Below, piece by piece: positions 1 to 9,278 of a DNA stretch of 52,887 nt (within the stretch, counting starts at the first letter, position 1; each line of letters starts with the position of its first letter). Source of the stretch: a virus (lineage: Duplodnaviria; Caudoviricetes). Under the pieces are notes generated by a model. The model made no database searches and had not been told where the DNA came from. It saw only the letters and a program-made list of their open reading frames with translations. The DNA is taken from the IMG/VR virus record IMGVR_UViG_3300042549_005911, positions 1-52,887 of that record. One strand, 5' to 3'. A program made the translations under genes and the position numbers.

Positions 1-580
1 AACGGCCCTGCGCGTCAACAGTGAACGTCGCGACCCCAGATGCAGTGCCATAAGCCCCCGCCGTAACGGCGGTATCAGCGAGTGCTAGAGTGCGGTCAGC
101 GGAGAGAGCGCCACCACCGCTCAAGCCTGTCCCGGCAGAGACGCTGCGCGTATCAGGCACAGCGCCGATCCCCGCAGGGGTGATGCTCACGGTAGAAGCG
201 TTGGTCAAACGGCCCTGCGCGTCAACAGTGAACGTCGCCACCCCAGACGCGGTGCCATAAGCCCCCGCCGTAACGGCGGTATCAGCGAGTGCTAGAGTGC
301 GGTCAGCGGACAGAGCGCCGCCACCGCTCAAGCCCGTCCCGGTGGAGACGCTGCGCGTATCAGGCACAGCACCGATCCCCGCAGGGGTGATGGCCACAGT
401 AGAAGCGTTGGTCAAGCGGCCCTGCGCGTCAACAGTGAACGTCGCGACCCCAGATGCAGTGCCATAAGCACCCGCCGTAACGGCGGTATTAGCAAGGGCT
501 AGAGTGCGGTCAGCGGAGAGAGCGCCACCACCGCTCAAGCCTGTCCCCGTGGAGACGCTGCGCGTATCAGGCACCGCGCC
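1..580 (-). repeat. 207-bp (69-aa) coding tandem repeat, at least 2.8 copies
   Basis: a(a/g)cggccctgcgcgtcaacagtgaacgtc recurs at 1, 208 and 415. Unit approx. VPDTRSVSTGTGLSGGGALSADRTLALANTAVTAGAYGTASGVATFTVDAQGRLTNASTVAITPAGIGA. Confidence 0.95.
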
Positions 581-3373
581 AGATACATCCGCTACGGCAA
601 GGCTCTTAGGCTCCCATCGCTGATTGGCGTTGCTCCACGCCAACACCTGACCACTCGTGGGGCTCGTTGCCACCACGTCAGCCAGATTATCAAGCGTGCG
701 GCCATCCACATAAGTCTTGACGGCGAACTGCGTCGGCGCCGTATTACCGTCGTTCTGGCCCGTGCTAGCAAGAAGCGTGGCGTTGTTTGACACTTCTTGC
801 AACTGCACGCCAACGGCGACACCATTGCGCTTGAAAGGCCCAATAGCTGAAAGGCCACCCAAATTGAATTGATCGCTATTAATTGTCACCGTGCCCGTAG
901 ACTGCTCCACGGAGAAGAACGGACCAATAGAGAAATTGCCCGTCTCCGTCAGCATCGCATAGTAGATGCGCCCAGGTGCCGTGGTTGAGACAGCATTGGT
1001 TGGGTTTGGGATGCCGCCAAATTTGGGAAGTGCGTTGTAAGTGACACCACTCCCCACATATTCCGTGACAAGGGAGCCAGATGTAATCAATGAAACGTCA
1101 TAAACGTCAACGGCGTTACCCGCGTCAACAGCCGGGATACCTGGGTAGACGGATAGCGTGCTTTTACCGCCAACAAGCGGCGATGCACCTGTAATTGAAT
1201 AGAAATTACCACCGATCTTGGCAACCGTAGTGCCTACATCGGGGCGACGTGAAAGCCCCGCGACCGTAATGCTGCCAGAACTCGCCAACTGTGCCGAAGC
1301 CGCGGCATCTGAACCGTTGCCGCCCGAGAACGAGACGCTAGGCGCACTCGTATAGCCGCTACCAGCGAACGTGACGTTCACAGCGACCACGGCGCCATTT
1401 TCAATAACTGCGACTGCCGTAGCGTTGCCAGAAACTGCAACCGTGGGTGGGCTGGTGTAGTTGCTACCGCCATTCGTAACCGTGAAGCCAGCAACCGTGC
1501 TGCGAAGATTGGCGTCCGCCGTGCCGCTTACCTGTGCCACAGGGTAGTAGCCCCGCGCACGCAAACCGTAAGTGCCAAAGTCAAGCACGCTATTTGAGAC
1601 GTTGGCGAAACCACCTGCGCGTGCTTCGTAACCCGTATGCGAGAATGTGGTGAAGCAAGAAACGAACTGCGCGTAGCCCTTATTTAGAACTAGATGGCCA
1701 GGGCCACCTTGGTTAATCTGAGTAAAGGCATCAGCCACGAAACTGGTTAGCGGACTACCGCTCGCCACCACCTGCCCATCCACACGGATGCCGCCACCGG
1801 CACCCCGAGGATCAACAATACGCCCTGTGCCCGCTACGTTATTTTCATCGTATGGCGGCACGATTAGGTTGGAGGCAAAGGCCACGCCTGTCGTGTCAAA
1901 CGGCCCTGTGATGGACGAGCAGTTCTGTATATAAGGCGAACTTGTGATGGAAGGCGGAGATGGGTCCTTAATCGAGACACAAGGGCGATCAGCCGCATCA
2001 TATCCAGAGCCGCCTTCCACTATCGTGAAACTTGTAATCAGGCCACCCGACATATTTGCTGTCGCGGTCGCCTGCGTGCCCCCGTTGAACGGAGGCTCAA
2101 TCCATACCTCAGGGGCAGACGAGTATCCAGACGGGCTGTAAAGCAGTGTCAGGCCCGTGATGACGCCGCTGCCATTAACCGTTGCGCGTGCCGTGGCGCA
2201 TGGGAAGGCGCAAGCGTATGCGGGCGCGGCATGGTCGCGAAATGTAACGCCGTAGACATAGCAACCCGACCGCAAATGATAAATATCAAGAGTAGGGTTG
2301 GTTGGGCGGACATCCACGCGACGCAGATTATCCCCAACAAGGGAGACACGCGCAGGGAAATTGATTGGGTTCTGTTCTACGTAGTTTCCTGATTCAACAA
2401 AAACCGTTGTGCCCGCAGCAGCGGATTCCACGGCAGCCTTGATAGTGCGCTTGGGCAACGCAGGGGATGTGCCCGCATTGCTGTCGCTACCTGTGGTCGT
2501 CACGTAGAGGCGCAGGGATGAATTGAGCGCAGCAGCAGCAGCCGCAGCGGCCCCTGCCGAATCGACAGGCGTTAGGCCAAGTGCGTTGATGACATTGGTG
2601 CTGCTAAGGCTAAGCGTGCCATTGCCAGCGAGACTTAGGTTTGAACCGCCAATGACTGCCCCCGCCGTGCTACCTGTGGCTAAAGGCAGACGCGCGGCGT
2701 CAAAGGTTCCGGAAATAATATCCCCCGCGCCCAACACCACCGCATCAGTTCGACCAGCCACGGATTGCACCGGAGCCGCAGCAGCGGCCCCTGCCGAATT
2801 AACTGGCGTCAGGCCGAGGGCGGAAATGACGTTGGTGCTGCTAAGGCTAAGAACGCCGTCTTGGCTGAGGGTTAGGTTGGCGCCACCGCGCACGCCACCG
2901 AGGTTATTGGCGGTTGCAGCAGGAAGCGTATAGAGAGGAGTATCATCCGTGACCCAAGTGACGATACCCGAGCCATTCCAGACCACGTTGAAGGGGCTGC
3001 CGTTGGTGGCTACCTGCGATCCACCAAAATCCACAAATGCAACCGGAGGATCGTCTGTATCAGTATCGTTATAGAGGATACCATAACTGGCAGTAATTGA
3101 ACCGCCCGTCGCAGTCAAACCGATATCATCAGCATCAAAGCGAGCCGCATTGAGGGCAACCACCACGATGGAAACACCAGTCAGTGTGACGCCACCAGCA
3201 GGGTATCCAGTCGAAGAACCAGATTGGGTTCCGCCCGTCTGAGCCAGAGTTGTATGAGCCGCGTCAAAAGTCGCGGCAGTCAGCAGCTTAAACTTATATG
3301 TGTCGCTGGCGGCGTTGGCACCCGACGCAAAACGCGCAACGGTATGGTTGTAGAGCGAAAGGGTAATTGGCAT
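1..3373 (-). CDS. Large tail fibre/spike-like structural protein (>1120 aa, 3' end runs off the window)
   Basis: Absent from the ORF track, consistent with no stop in the window. Hand translation from ATG 3373 gives MPITLSLYNHTVARFASG; frame spot-checked at 2160-2400 and 1-60. Contains the beta-helix/pectin-lyase-like start RLYVTTTGSDSNAGTSPALPKRTIKAAV...GNYVEQNP...VSLVGDNLRRV and Gly/Ala/Thr-rich repeats. Confidence 0.85.
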   Translation of the reverse strand, partial: MPITLSLYNHTVARFASGANAASDTYKFKLLTAATFDAAHTTLAQTGGTQSGSSTGYPAGGVTLTGVSIVVVALNAARFDADDIGLTATGGSITASYGILYNDTDTDDPPVAFVDFGGSQVATNGSPFNVVWNGSGIVTWVTDDTPLYTLPAATANNLGGVRGGANLTLSQDGVLSLSSTNVISALGLTPVNSAGAAAAAPVQSVAGRTDAVVLGAGDIISGTFDAARLPLATGSTAGAVIGGSNLSLAGNGTLSLSSTNVINALGLTPVDSAGAAAAAAAALNSSLRLYVTTTGSDSNAGTSPALPKRTIKAAVESAAAGTTVFVESGNYVEQNPINFPARVSLVGDNLRRVDVRPTNPTLDIYHLRSGCYVYGVTFRDHAAPAYACAFPCATARATVNGSGVITGLTLLYSPSGYSSAPEVWIEPPFNGGTQATATANMSGGLITSFTIVEGGSGYDAADRPCVSIKDPSPPSITSSPYIQNCSSITGPFDTTGVAFASNLIVPPYDENNVAGTGRIVDPRGAGGGIRVDGQVVASGSPLTSFVADAFTQINQGGPGHLVLNKGYAQFVSCFTTFSHTGYEARAGGFANVSNSVLDFGTYGLRARGYYPVAQVSGTADANLRSTVAGFTVTNGGSNYTSPPTVAVSGNATAVAVIENGAVVAVNVTFAGSGYTSAPSVSFSGGNGSDAAASAQLASSGSITVAGLSRRPDVGTTVAKIGGNFYSITGASPLVGGKSTLSVYPGIPAVDAGNAVDVYDVSLITSGSLVTEYVGSGVTYNALPKFGGIPNPTNAVSTTAPGRIYYAMLTETGNFSIGPFFSVEQSTGTVTINSDQFNLGGLSAIGPFKRNGVAVGVQLQEVSNNATLLASTGQNDGNTAPTQFAVKTYVDGRTLDNLADVVATSPTSGQVLAWSNANQRWEPKSLAVADVSGAVPDTRSVSTGTGLSGGGALSADRTLALANTAVTAGAYGTASGVATFTVDAQGRLTNASTVAITPAGIGAVPDTRSVSTGTGLSGGGALSADRTLALADTAVTAGAYGTASGVATFTVDAQGRLTNASTVSITPAGIGAVPDTRSVSAGTGLSGGGALSADRTLALADTAVTAGAYGTASGVATFTVDAQGR

Positions 3374-3522
3374 CAGATGTCCCTTGGAAATCAGCAGCAG
3401 GGCCTATCCTGTTCCCTACCATATGGCATCGCTCAAACACAATAGGAAAGCACTTGCCAGCGCCGTCAAGGGGTAGTAAGTTGCGCGTCCTGCAAAACCA
3501 CTAAGCCTGGAAAGGGAACGCC

Positions 3523-4479
3523 ATGTCTCTCACCACTGCGTCTATCGGCTACAAGCCTTTCCGCTATCCATGGGCCTATGACGCTTGGCTTCAGCAGCAG
3601 CGTATCCATTGGCTTCCCGAGGAAGTGCCTTTGGCTGACGATGTGCGGGATTGGCAGAAGCGCCTAGAACCTTCTGAAAAGAATCTGCTGACACAGATTT
3701 TCCGCTTCTTCACGCAAGCTGACGCTTCCGTGGCGGAGAACTATGTCCACAACTACCTGCCCATCTTCAAGCCGACTGAAGTGGTTATGATGTTGACGGC
3801 GTTTGCGAATAGCGAAACGACGCACGTAGTTTCTTATTCGCATCTCCTTGACACGGTTGGTATGCCTGAAAGCGAATATACTACTTTCATGCAGATTAAG
3901 GAGATGCGTGACAAGTATGACTACTTTAGCAGCTTCTCAACGGATAATCCGCGAGAGGTAGCTAAAACGCTTGCAGCCTTTGGAGCCTTTACTGAAGGGC
4001 TACAGCTTTTTGCGTCTTTTGCCATGCTCCTCAACTTCCCTCGCTTCGGGAAGATGAAAGGCATGGGGCAGATCATTGCTTGGTCCGTCCGTGACGAGAC
4101 GCTACACTGTGAGAATATCATCCGGCTTTTCCACACCTATTGCGCGGAAAACCCAAGTCTCTTTGACGACTCGCTCAAGGCTGAAATCTACGAAATCTGC
4201 AAGACTATCGTAGAGCATGAAGATGCGTTCATTGACTTGGCGTTTGCTCTAGGCCCCGTGCAGGGCATGACAGCGGATGAAATCAAGCAGTATATCCGCT
4301 TCATCGCAGATAGGCGCCTTCTTCAGTTGCGTATGGTGCCCGTCTACAAGGTCAAGGACAACCCCCTACCTTGGCTTGATGAGTTGCTGAATGCGCCAGA
4401 GCATACCAATTTCTTTGAGAACCGCGCCACCGAGTATAGTAAGGCAGCGACCAAGGGCGAGTGGGGCGACGTATTTTGA
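3523..4479 (+). CDS. nrdB: Ribonucleotide reductase class I beta subunit
   Basis: HWLPEEVPL, FFTQAD, ETTHVVSY (radical Tyr), EGLQLFASF, RDETLH, C-terminal NFFENRATEY. Confidence 0.97.
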   Translation: MSLTTASIGYKPFRYPWAYDAWLQQQRIHWLPEEVPLADDVRDWQKRLEPSEKNLLTQIFRFFTQADASVAENYVHNYLPIFKPTEVVMMLTAFANSETTHVVSYSHLLDTVGMPESEYTTFMQIKEMRDKYDYFSSFSTDNPREVAKTLAAFGAFTEGLQLFASFAMLLNFPRFGKMKGMGQIIAWSVRDETLHCENIIRLFHTYCAENPSLFDDSLKAEIYEICKTIVEHEDAFIDLAFALGPVQGMTADEIKQYIRFIADRRLLQLRMVPVYKVKDNPLPWLDELLNAPEHTNFFENRATEYSKAATKGEWGDVF

Positions 4480-4943
4480 TCCTTGGTATTGACCCTGGCC
4501 TGAGCGGCGCAATCGCGCTGCTCAGCCAAGAGGGCAACGTCCTCGCTATTGAGGACATGCCGACCGTCGAAATTGTCGTCAACGGTAAGAAGCGCAGGAC
4601 CGTGCCCCCTGCGGCACTCGTGGCCTTGCTAAAAAAGATGGCGCCGCAGAAGGCGTTCCTTGAGAATGTTGGCGTTCGACCGGGGGAAGGCGCTGTCGGG
4701 GCTTTCTCTTTTGGGCGCAATCTCGGACAGATTGAAGGCGTCTTAGCGGCACTTCAAATCCCCACTACGCTTGTCCACCCAGCAACGTGGAAGCGGCGCA
4801 TGGACATCCCTGCTGATAAGGGAGGCGCGCGTCTAAAGGCGATGGCGTTGTTCCCCGACAAGGTAGATTTGTTCAAGCGCGTGAAGGATGACGGCAGGGC
4901 AGAAAGTGCGCTCTTGGCTTACTACGGGCTAAGCAATGCCTGA
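4476..4943 (+). CDS. RuvC-like Holliday junction resolvase
   Basis: ILGIDPGLSGAIA, FLENV, FSFG, PATWK, DGRAES. TTG start overlaps the nrdB stop. Confidence 0.88.
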   Translation: MILGIDPGLSGAIALLSQEGNVLAIEDMPTVEIVVNGKKRRTVPPAALVALLKKMAPQKAFLENVGVRPGEGAVGAFSFGRNLGQIEGVLAALQIPTTLVHPATWKRRMDIPADKGGARLKAMALFPDKVDLFKRVKDDGRAESALLAYYGLSNA

Positions 4944-6348
4944 TTGGCAAGCGGGCCTTCTCCCTTACCAGATTGAAGGCGTCAATTTCCTCGTCGCCAA
5001 GAAGACCGATCAAGCCAATGCCGGTCTTTTTGACGACATGGGGCTTGGCAAGACGGCGCAAGCCATTCGCGCTGCCGACGCGCTCAATCTAAAGCGCATC
5101 CTTGTTGTCTGCCCTGCTGTGGCGCGGATCAACTGGCAGCGCGAAATGCTAAATTGGCAGATAATTCCACGAACAACTTTCGTGATTAAAAATATCAAGT
5201 CTGAAATTCCACTCGAAGCAGATGTGGTTATCGTCAGCTATGATATGCTCGCCAATCCTGTCCTCCGCGCTAAAATTCTTAATATAGAGGAGTATGACCT
5301 CCTTATCATTGATGAGGCCCATGCGCTCAAGAACAGGACGGCTCTGCGCACAAAGGCGGTCTACGGCGAAAGGCTCAACGGCCAAGGAGGCATCCTAGCC
5401 GCTACCAAACGCACTTGGATTCTGACTGGCACTCCGCTGCCAAATAATGCTTCTGAAATCTACACGCACTTACGCGCACTAGCCTCCGAGCGGCTACAAA
5501 CGCCAGATGGACGTATGACGTATGCCCAATTCGTAAAACACTTTTGCGTTCTGGACATACTGCATTTCGGTATGAGAACAGTCGAACGCATTAAAGGCAA
5601 CAAAAACACAGGCGAGTTGCGCCAACGTATTGATGGTTTCTTCATCAGACGTAAAAAAGAAGAAGTTCTGACGCAGTTGCCTGCCCTACAATGGGGCACA
5701 ATTGTCCTTGAGCCGCCCAAGTCCGCGCTCAAGGAAGTGATGGCGCTTGAGAAGACCCAAGCCATCTCAGAAGTCAAAGCTGTCCTGGCCGCAGCGGCAG
5801 CGAGTTATCATAACAAAGATGGCACATTATCAGACGATATTCTCCGCAATGCGGACAAGCAAGCCCTCGCTTCTTTGCGCCGCGCTGTCGGGATTGCGAA
5901 GGTAGAGCCGACAAGTGATTTCATCAAAGAAGAATTGGAGAATGGCGCGAAGAAGATCATCTTGTTCTGCTATCACCGCGAGGTTATTTCGCAAATAGCA
6001 GAAAAGCTCAAAGCCTTCTCCCCTGTCGTGATTACAGGAGATACCGCACGCAATGCACGGCAGAAGGCGATTGATGACTTCCAAAGCAACGACGAAGTTC
6101 GCCTATTTATTGGGCAGATCACAGCCACCAACTCTGCCATCACTCTGACGGCGAGCGACAATGTTCTGATTATGGAACCTTCATGGACACCAGCCGAGAA
6201 CGTCCAAGCCGCAGCGCGGGCGCATCGCATCGGCCAAAAAAGTTCTAGCGTGCTTGCCAGATACGTGGTATTGGCGGGCTCGATTGATGAAGATTTGACC
6301 CGCGTTATCATACGTAAGTCAAAGCAAATCAGCGAAATCATGCTCTAA
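4936..6348 (+). CDS. SNF2-family (SF2) helicase
   Basis: PYQ, DDMGLGKT, IIDEAH, LTGTP, QAAARAHRIGQ. Confidence 0.95.
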   Translation: MPDWQAGLLPYQIEGVNFLVAKKTDQANAGLFDDMGLGKTAQAIRAADALNLKRILVVCPAVARINWQREMLNWQIIPRTTFVIKNIKSEIPLEADVVIVSYDMLANPVLRAKILNIEEYDLLIIDEAHALKNRTALRTKAVYGERLNGQGGILAATKRTWILTGTPLPNNASEIYTHLRALASERLQTPDGRMTYAQFVKHFCVLDILHFGMRTVERIKGNKNTGELRQRIDGFFIRRKKEEVLTQLPALQWGTIVLEPPKSALKEVMALEKTQAISEVKAVLAAAAASYHNKDGTLSDDILRNADKQALASLRRAVGIAKVEPTSDFIKEELENGAKKIILFCYHREVISQIAEKLKAFSPVVITGDTARNARQKAIDDFQSNDEVRLFIGQITATNSAITLTASDNVLIMEPSWTPAENVQAAARAHRIGQKSSSVLARYVVLAGSIDEDLTRVIIRKSKQISEIML

Positions 6349-6358
6349 GGGATAGAAG

Positions 6359-6901
6359 ATGGACCGCAACGAAGCGATTGCACGGATTGCCGAGACGGCA
6401 ATCGAAGGCATCTACAAAATCTCCAACGACGCTATCCACCTTCTTGGGGGCGTAAGCCTTGGTGAAGCTGTGGTGGGCGTGGCAAGTCAGCCTGAAAGCA
6501 CGCTGACGCTTGCCTCTACTGGCGAAAAGCGACCGCGTGGCAGGCCGCGCAAGACGGACGCTTCTACGGTAGTCTCTGTGGCGGTTGAGGAGCCGCAGCC
6601 GACCGAAGAAGCCACGCTAACTGCCGAAATCACCGACGAAATGGACGCATACCACAGCGACAAGTTTGATGTGGAAGAACGCGCTTTCCCCATGTTTGAG
6701 GACGGTTGGTTCGCCGCCAATCTTGAGGAAGCACGCAAGTATTGCCGCGAGTTGCTTTCCGCGCGTATCTCGGAAATCGGCACGGACGCGACTCGTAAGG
6801 AGATTGTGGATACGACAGGCAGGGTCAAGGTATCCGACTTTGACGGCGAGGCGTGCATGAAGTTCTACCGCGCCGTGACGAGGGCTATCGTCAATGTCTA
6901 A
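6359..6901 (+). CDS. Hypothetical protein with AT-hook-like motif
   Basis: Fills the gap between coupled genes; contains KRPRGRPRK and an acidic middle. Confidence 0.65.
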   Translation: MDRNEAIARIAETAIEGIYKISNDAIHLLGGVSLGEAVVGVASQPESTLTLASTGEKRPRGRPRKTDASTVVSVAVEEPQPTEEATLTAEITDEMDAYHSDKFDVEERAFPMFEDGWFAANLEEARKYCRELLSARISEIGTDATRKEIVDTTGRVKVSDFDGEACMKFYRAVTRAIVNV

Positions 6902-8120
6902 CCTGCCTGTCCATGCTGATCGCGCCCATGCTTCCTTGGGCGCGAGTTCAGCTTCCCGGTGGATAGCCTGCCCCGGTTCTGTCAATCTATCTGAGGGGAT
7001 GCCTAACATCTCCTCTGAATATGCACGCGAAGGCACCGCAGCACACGAGTTGGCAGAGATGTGCTTGCGCCAAGGCAAGCCTGCTTCTGACTTTTTAGAG
7101 CAGGAGATCGAGGGCTTCGAAGTCACGGAAGATATGGCTGAGGCGGTGCAGGTCTATGTTGACGCTGTGTTGGCCGAAGCCGAAGGCAACAAACTGTTCA
7201 TTGAACAACGGTTTACGCTAGAGGCTCTTAATCCTCCTGTCCCGATGTTTGGCACAGCGGATGCGGTCATTTGGAATGAACGCGAAAAGCGCCTAACCGT
7301 GATGGACTTGAAGTATGGCGCTGGCGTGCCTGTGAAGGTGCAGAACTCCCCACAGCTTTCCTACTACGCACTAGGCGCCATGTTGGCTTTGGAGGCGCAG
7401 GAAGGCATCTTCCCGCGCCATATCCGCATGGTCATCGTGCAGCCCCGCTACCGCCATGCTGACGGGCATATCAGGTCTTTCGAGACGGACGCCTATTCGC
7501 TCCGCATCGAGTTCGCGGACGACCTTCTTGCCGCAGCACACAAGACGCAGGAAGCTGATGCCGCCCTTAACGCAGGCGACCACTGCCGCTTCTGCTTGGC
7601 CCAACCCAAGTGCCCACGCCTGCACGAACAGGCTGTGGCGCTGGCACAGGCGGAGTTTGACGATGGTTTTTTGCCTCCTGAGCCCGAGGGCCTGAGCGAA
7701 GAACAGATCGGCCAGATTCTTGCCAAGGCTGATGTGTTTAAGGGGTGGATCAACTCTGTCCAGGCTTACGCACAGCGTAAGCTGGAGCAGGGCGGCGCTG
7801 TCCCCGGCTACAAGCTCGTAGCCAAGCGGGCGCAGCGCAAGTGGCAAAGCGAAGACGACGCCATCGACCTCCTGAACAGCATGGGCCTTGAAGATGACGA
7901 CATCTTCACGCGCAAGCTAATCTCGCCCGCTCAAGCCGAAGAAAAACTTGGCAAGAAGAAGGCGATTAAGGATAGACTGGCGGAGGTCATTGTGGCAGTA
8001 TCTTCAGGCAACACCATCGCATCGCTATCCGACAAACGGCCCGCAGTTGTGGTCCAGATTGGCGGAGAGTTTGATGACACGCTGGCGTTGGACCATGACG
8101 GCTTTCGCAACTACGAATAA
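6894..8120 (+). CDS. DUF2800-type PD-(D/E)xK (Cas4-like) exonuclease
   Basis: HASLGASSASRWIACPGS, EGTAAH, FGTADAV, DLKYG, HCRFC...CP. Typical nuclease-SSB-PolA order. Confidence 0.9.
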   Translation: MSNLPVHADRAHASLGASSASRWIACPGSVNLSEGMPNISSEYAREGTAAHELAEMCLRQGKPASDFLEQEIEGFEVTEDMAEAVQVYVDAVLAEAEGNKLFIEQRFTLEALNPPVPMFGTADAVIWNEREKRLTVMDLKYGAGVPVKVQNSPQLSYYALGAMLALEAQEGIFPRHIRMVIVQPRYRHADGHIRSFETDAYSLRIEFADDLLAAAHKTQEADAALNAGDHCRFCLAQPKCPRLHEQAVALAQAEFDDGFLPPEPEGLSEEQIGQILAKADVFKGWINSVQAYAQRKLEQGGAVPGYKLVAKRAQRKWQSEDDAIDLLNSMGLEDDDIFTRKLISPAQAEEKLGKKKAIKDRLAEVIVAVSSGNTIASLSDKRPAVVVQIGGEFDDTLALDHDGFRNYE

Positions 8121-8211
8121 TTTTGCCCCTCTTTAACATCGTGGCTGGGCAATGGTGTGCGCGCACAAGGGGCAAAATGCACGCTAACCCGGCTCCAAGG
8201 AGAACGCTCAG

Positions 8212-8784
8212 ATGAGCGAGACTAATGTAGTTACCCCCAAGGCTCGACTTGCTTTCCCCGCTCTGTTTGAGCCTCGTGGGTTCAATGGCAATACGCCGAA
8301 GTTTTCCTGCGTTCTTGTGTTCGACAAGGCCGCGCAGGAGACAGCGGAGTTCCAGAACTTGAAGAAGGCGGCTGGCGCTGCTGCTAAGGCCAAGTTTGGT
8401 GACAAGCCGCCGAAGAATGTGCGTTCGCCTTTCCGTCCTGGTTCCGACAAGGAAGGCACCGCTGGCTTTGACGACGATTGCATCTTCATCACCGTGAGCA
8501 GCAAGAAGCAGCCCAAGGTGGTGGACCGCAAGAAGGTCGAAGGCAAGTTCCCTGTCATCACCGACGAAGATCGTCTCTACCCTGGCTGCTTCGTGCGCGC
8601 GAGCATCAACGCTTTCGCTTATGACACCAGCGGCAACAAGGGCGTGTCGTTCGGCCTGAACAACGTGCAGTTCATTGACGATGGCGAGCGCATCGCCACG
8701 GGCGGCGGACGCAGCGCGGACAACGACTTTGATGATGTTGAGGGTAACAATATCAGCGAAGGCGATGCCAAGGACTTGTTCTGA
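8212..8784 (+). CDS. DUF2815-type ssDNA-binding protein
   Basis: RLAFPALFEP, LYPGCFVRAS, GNKGVSFGLNNVQ, acidic tail ending in F; AAGGAG RBS. Confidence 0.9.
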   Translation: MSETNVVTPKARLAFPALFEPRGFNGNTPKFSCVLVFDKAAQETAEFQNLKKAAGAAAKAKFGDKPPKNVRSPFRPGSDKEGTAGFDDDCIFITVSSKKQPKVVDRKKVEGKFPVITDEDRLYPGCFVRASINAFAYDTSGNKGVSFGLNNVQFIDDGERIATGGGRSADNDFDDVEGNNISEGDAKDLF

Positions 8785-8793
8785 GGTAGAAGG

Positions 8794-8822
8794 AGAAGGG
8801 GCAGAAATGCCCCTTCTTTTTT
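8794..8822 (+). terminator. Intrinsic-terminator-like hairpin between SSB and polymerase
   Basis: AGAAGGGGCA-GAAA-TGCCCCTTCT followed by TTTTT. Confidence 0.7.
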
Positions 8823-8825
8823 CCA

Positions 8826-9278
8826 ATGCACGATACACCCACATATCACATCGACTACGAAACCAAATCCACCGCCAACCTTAAACTCGTTGGCGTCTAT
8901 CGCTATGCCGAACACCCCAGCACCGACATTCTGTGCATGGGGTTTGCGCGCAATAACGAGCCTGTCCAGATATGGACGCCAGACTTCCCGTGGCCCGTGG
9001 AACTGAACGAGCATATCAGGCAGGGCTTTCCGATCTTTGCGCACAACGCGCAGTTCGAACGCCTGATTACCAAGAACATCGCCGTAGCGCGCTACGGCTG
9101 CGCCCCTGTGGCGTTGGAGCAATGGTTCTGCACGGCTGCTATGGCCGCAGCCATGGCCCTTCCACGGTCACTAGAAGGGCTTGGTGAGGCACTTAGCCTG
9201 CCGATCCAAAAGGACATGGAAGGTAGCAGGCACATGTTGAAGATGACGAAGCCAAGGAAGGGGCAGAAAGTCGCGTGA
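8826..9278 (+). CDS. Family A DNA polymerase, N-terminal 3'-5' exonuclease fragment
   Basis: ExoI HIDYETKS, ExoII AHNAQFER, LPRSL. Confidence 0.88.
   Translation: MHDTPTYHIDYETKSTANLKLVGVYRYAEHPSTDILCMGFARNNEPVQIWTPDFPWPVELNEHIRQGFPIFAHNAQFERLITKNIAVARYGCAPVALEQWFCTAAMAAAMALPRSLEGLGEALSLPIQKDMEGSRHMLKMTKPRKGQKVA

Noticed and set aside
1-580. Diversity-generating retroelement TR/VR pair
   Set aside because: Repeats are in-frame tandem coding units with mostly synonymous differences; no reverse transcriptase in the window.
592-3445. Short ORFs listed in the track for this region
   Set aside because: Alternative-frame or antisense fragments of the long minus-strand fibre gene.
6894-8120. CRISPR-associated Cas4
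   Set aside because: Context (SSB, PolA, helicase) is the standard phage DUF2800 replication nuclease; no array or cas1.
7987-8844. 285-aa minus-strand ORF and similar long antisense ORFs (e.g. 31926..32825, 14672..15307)
   Set aside because: Shadows of well-supported genes, with no recognisable motifs.
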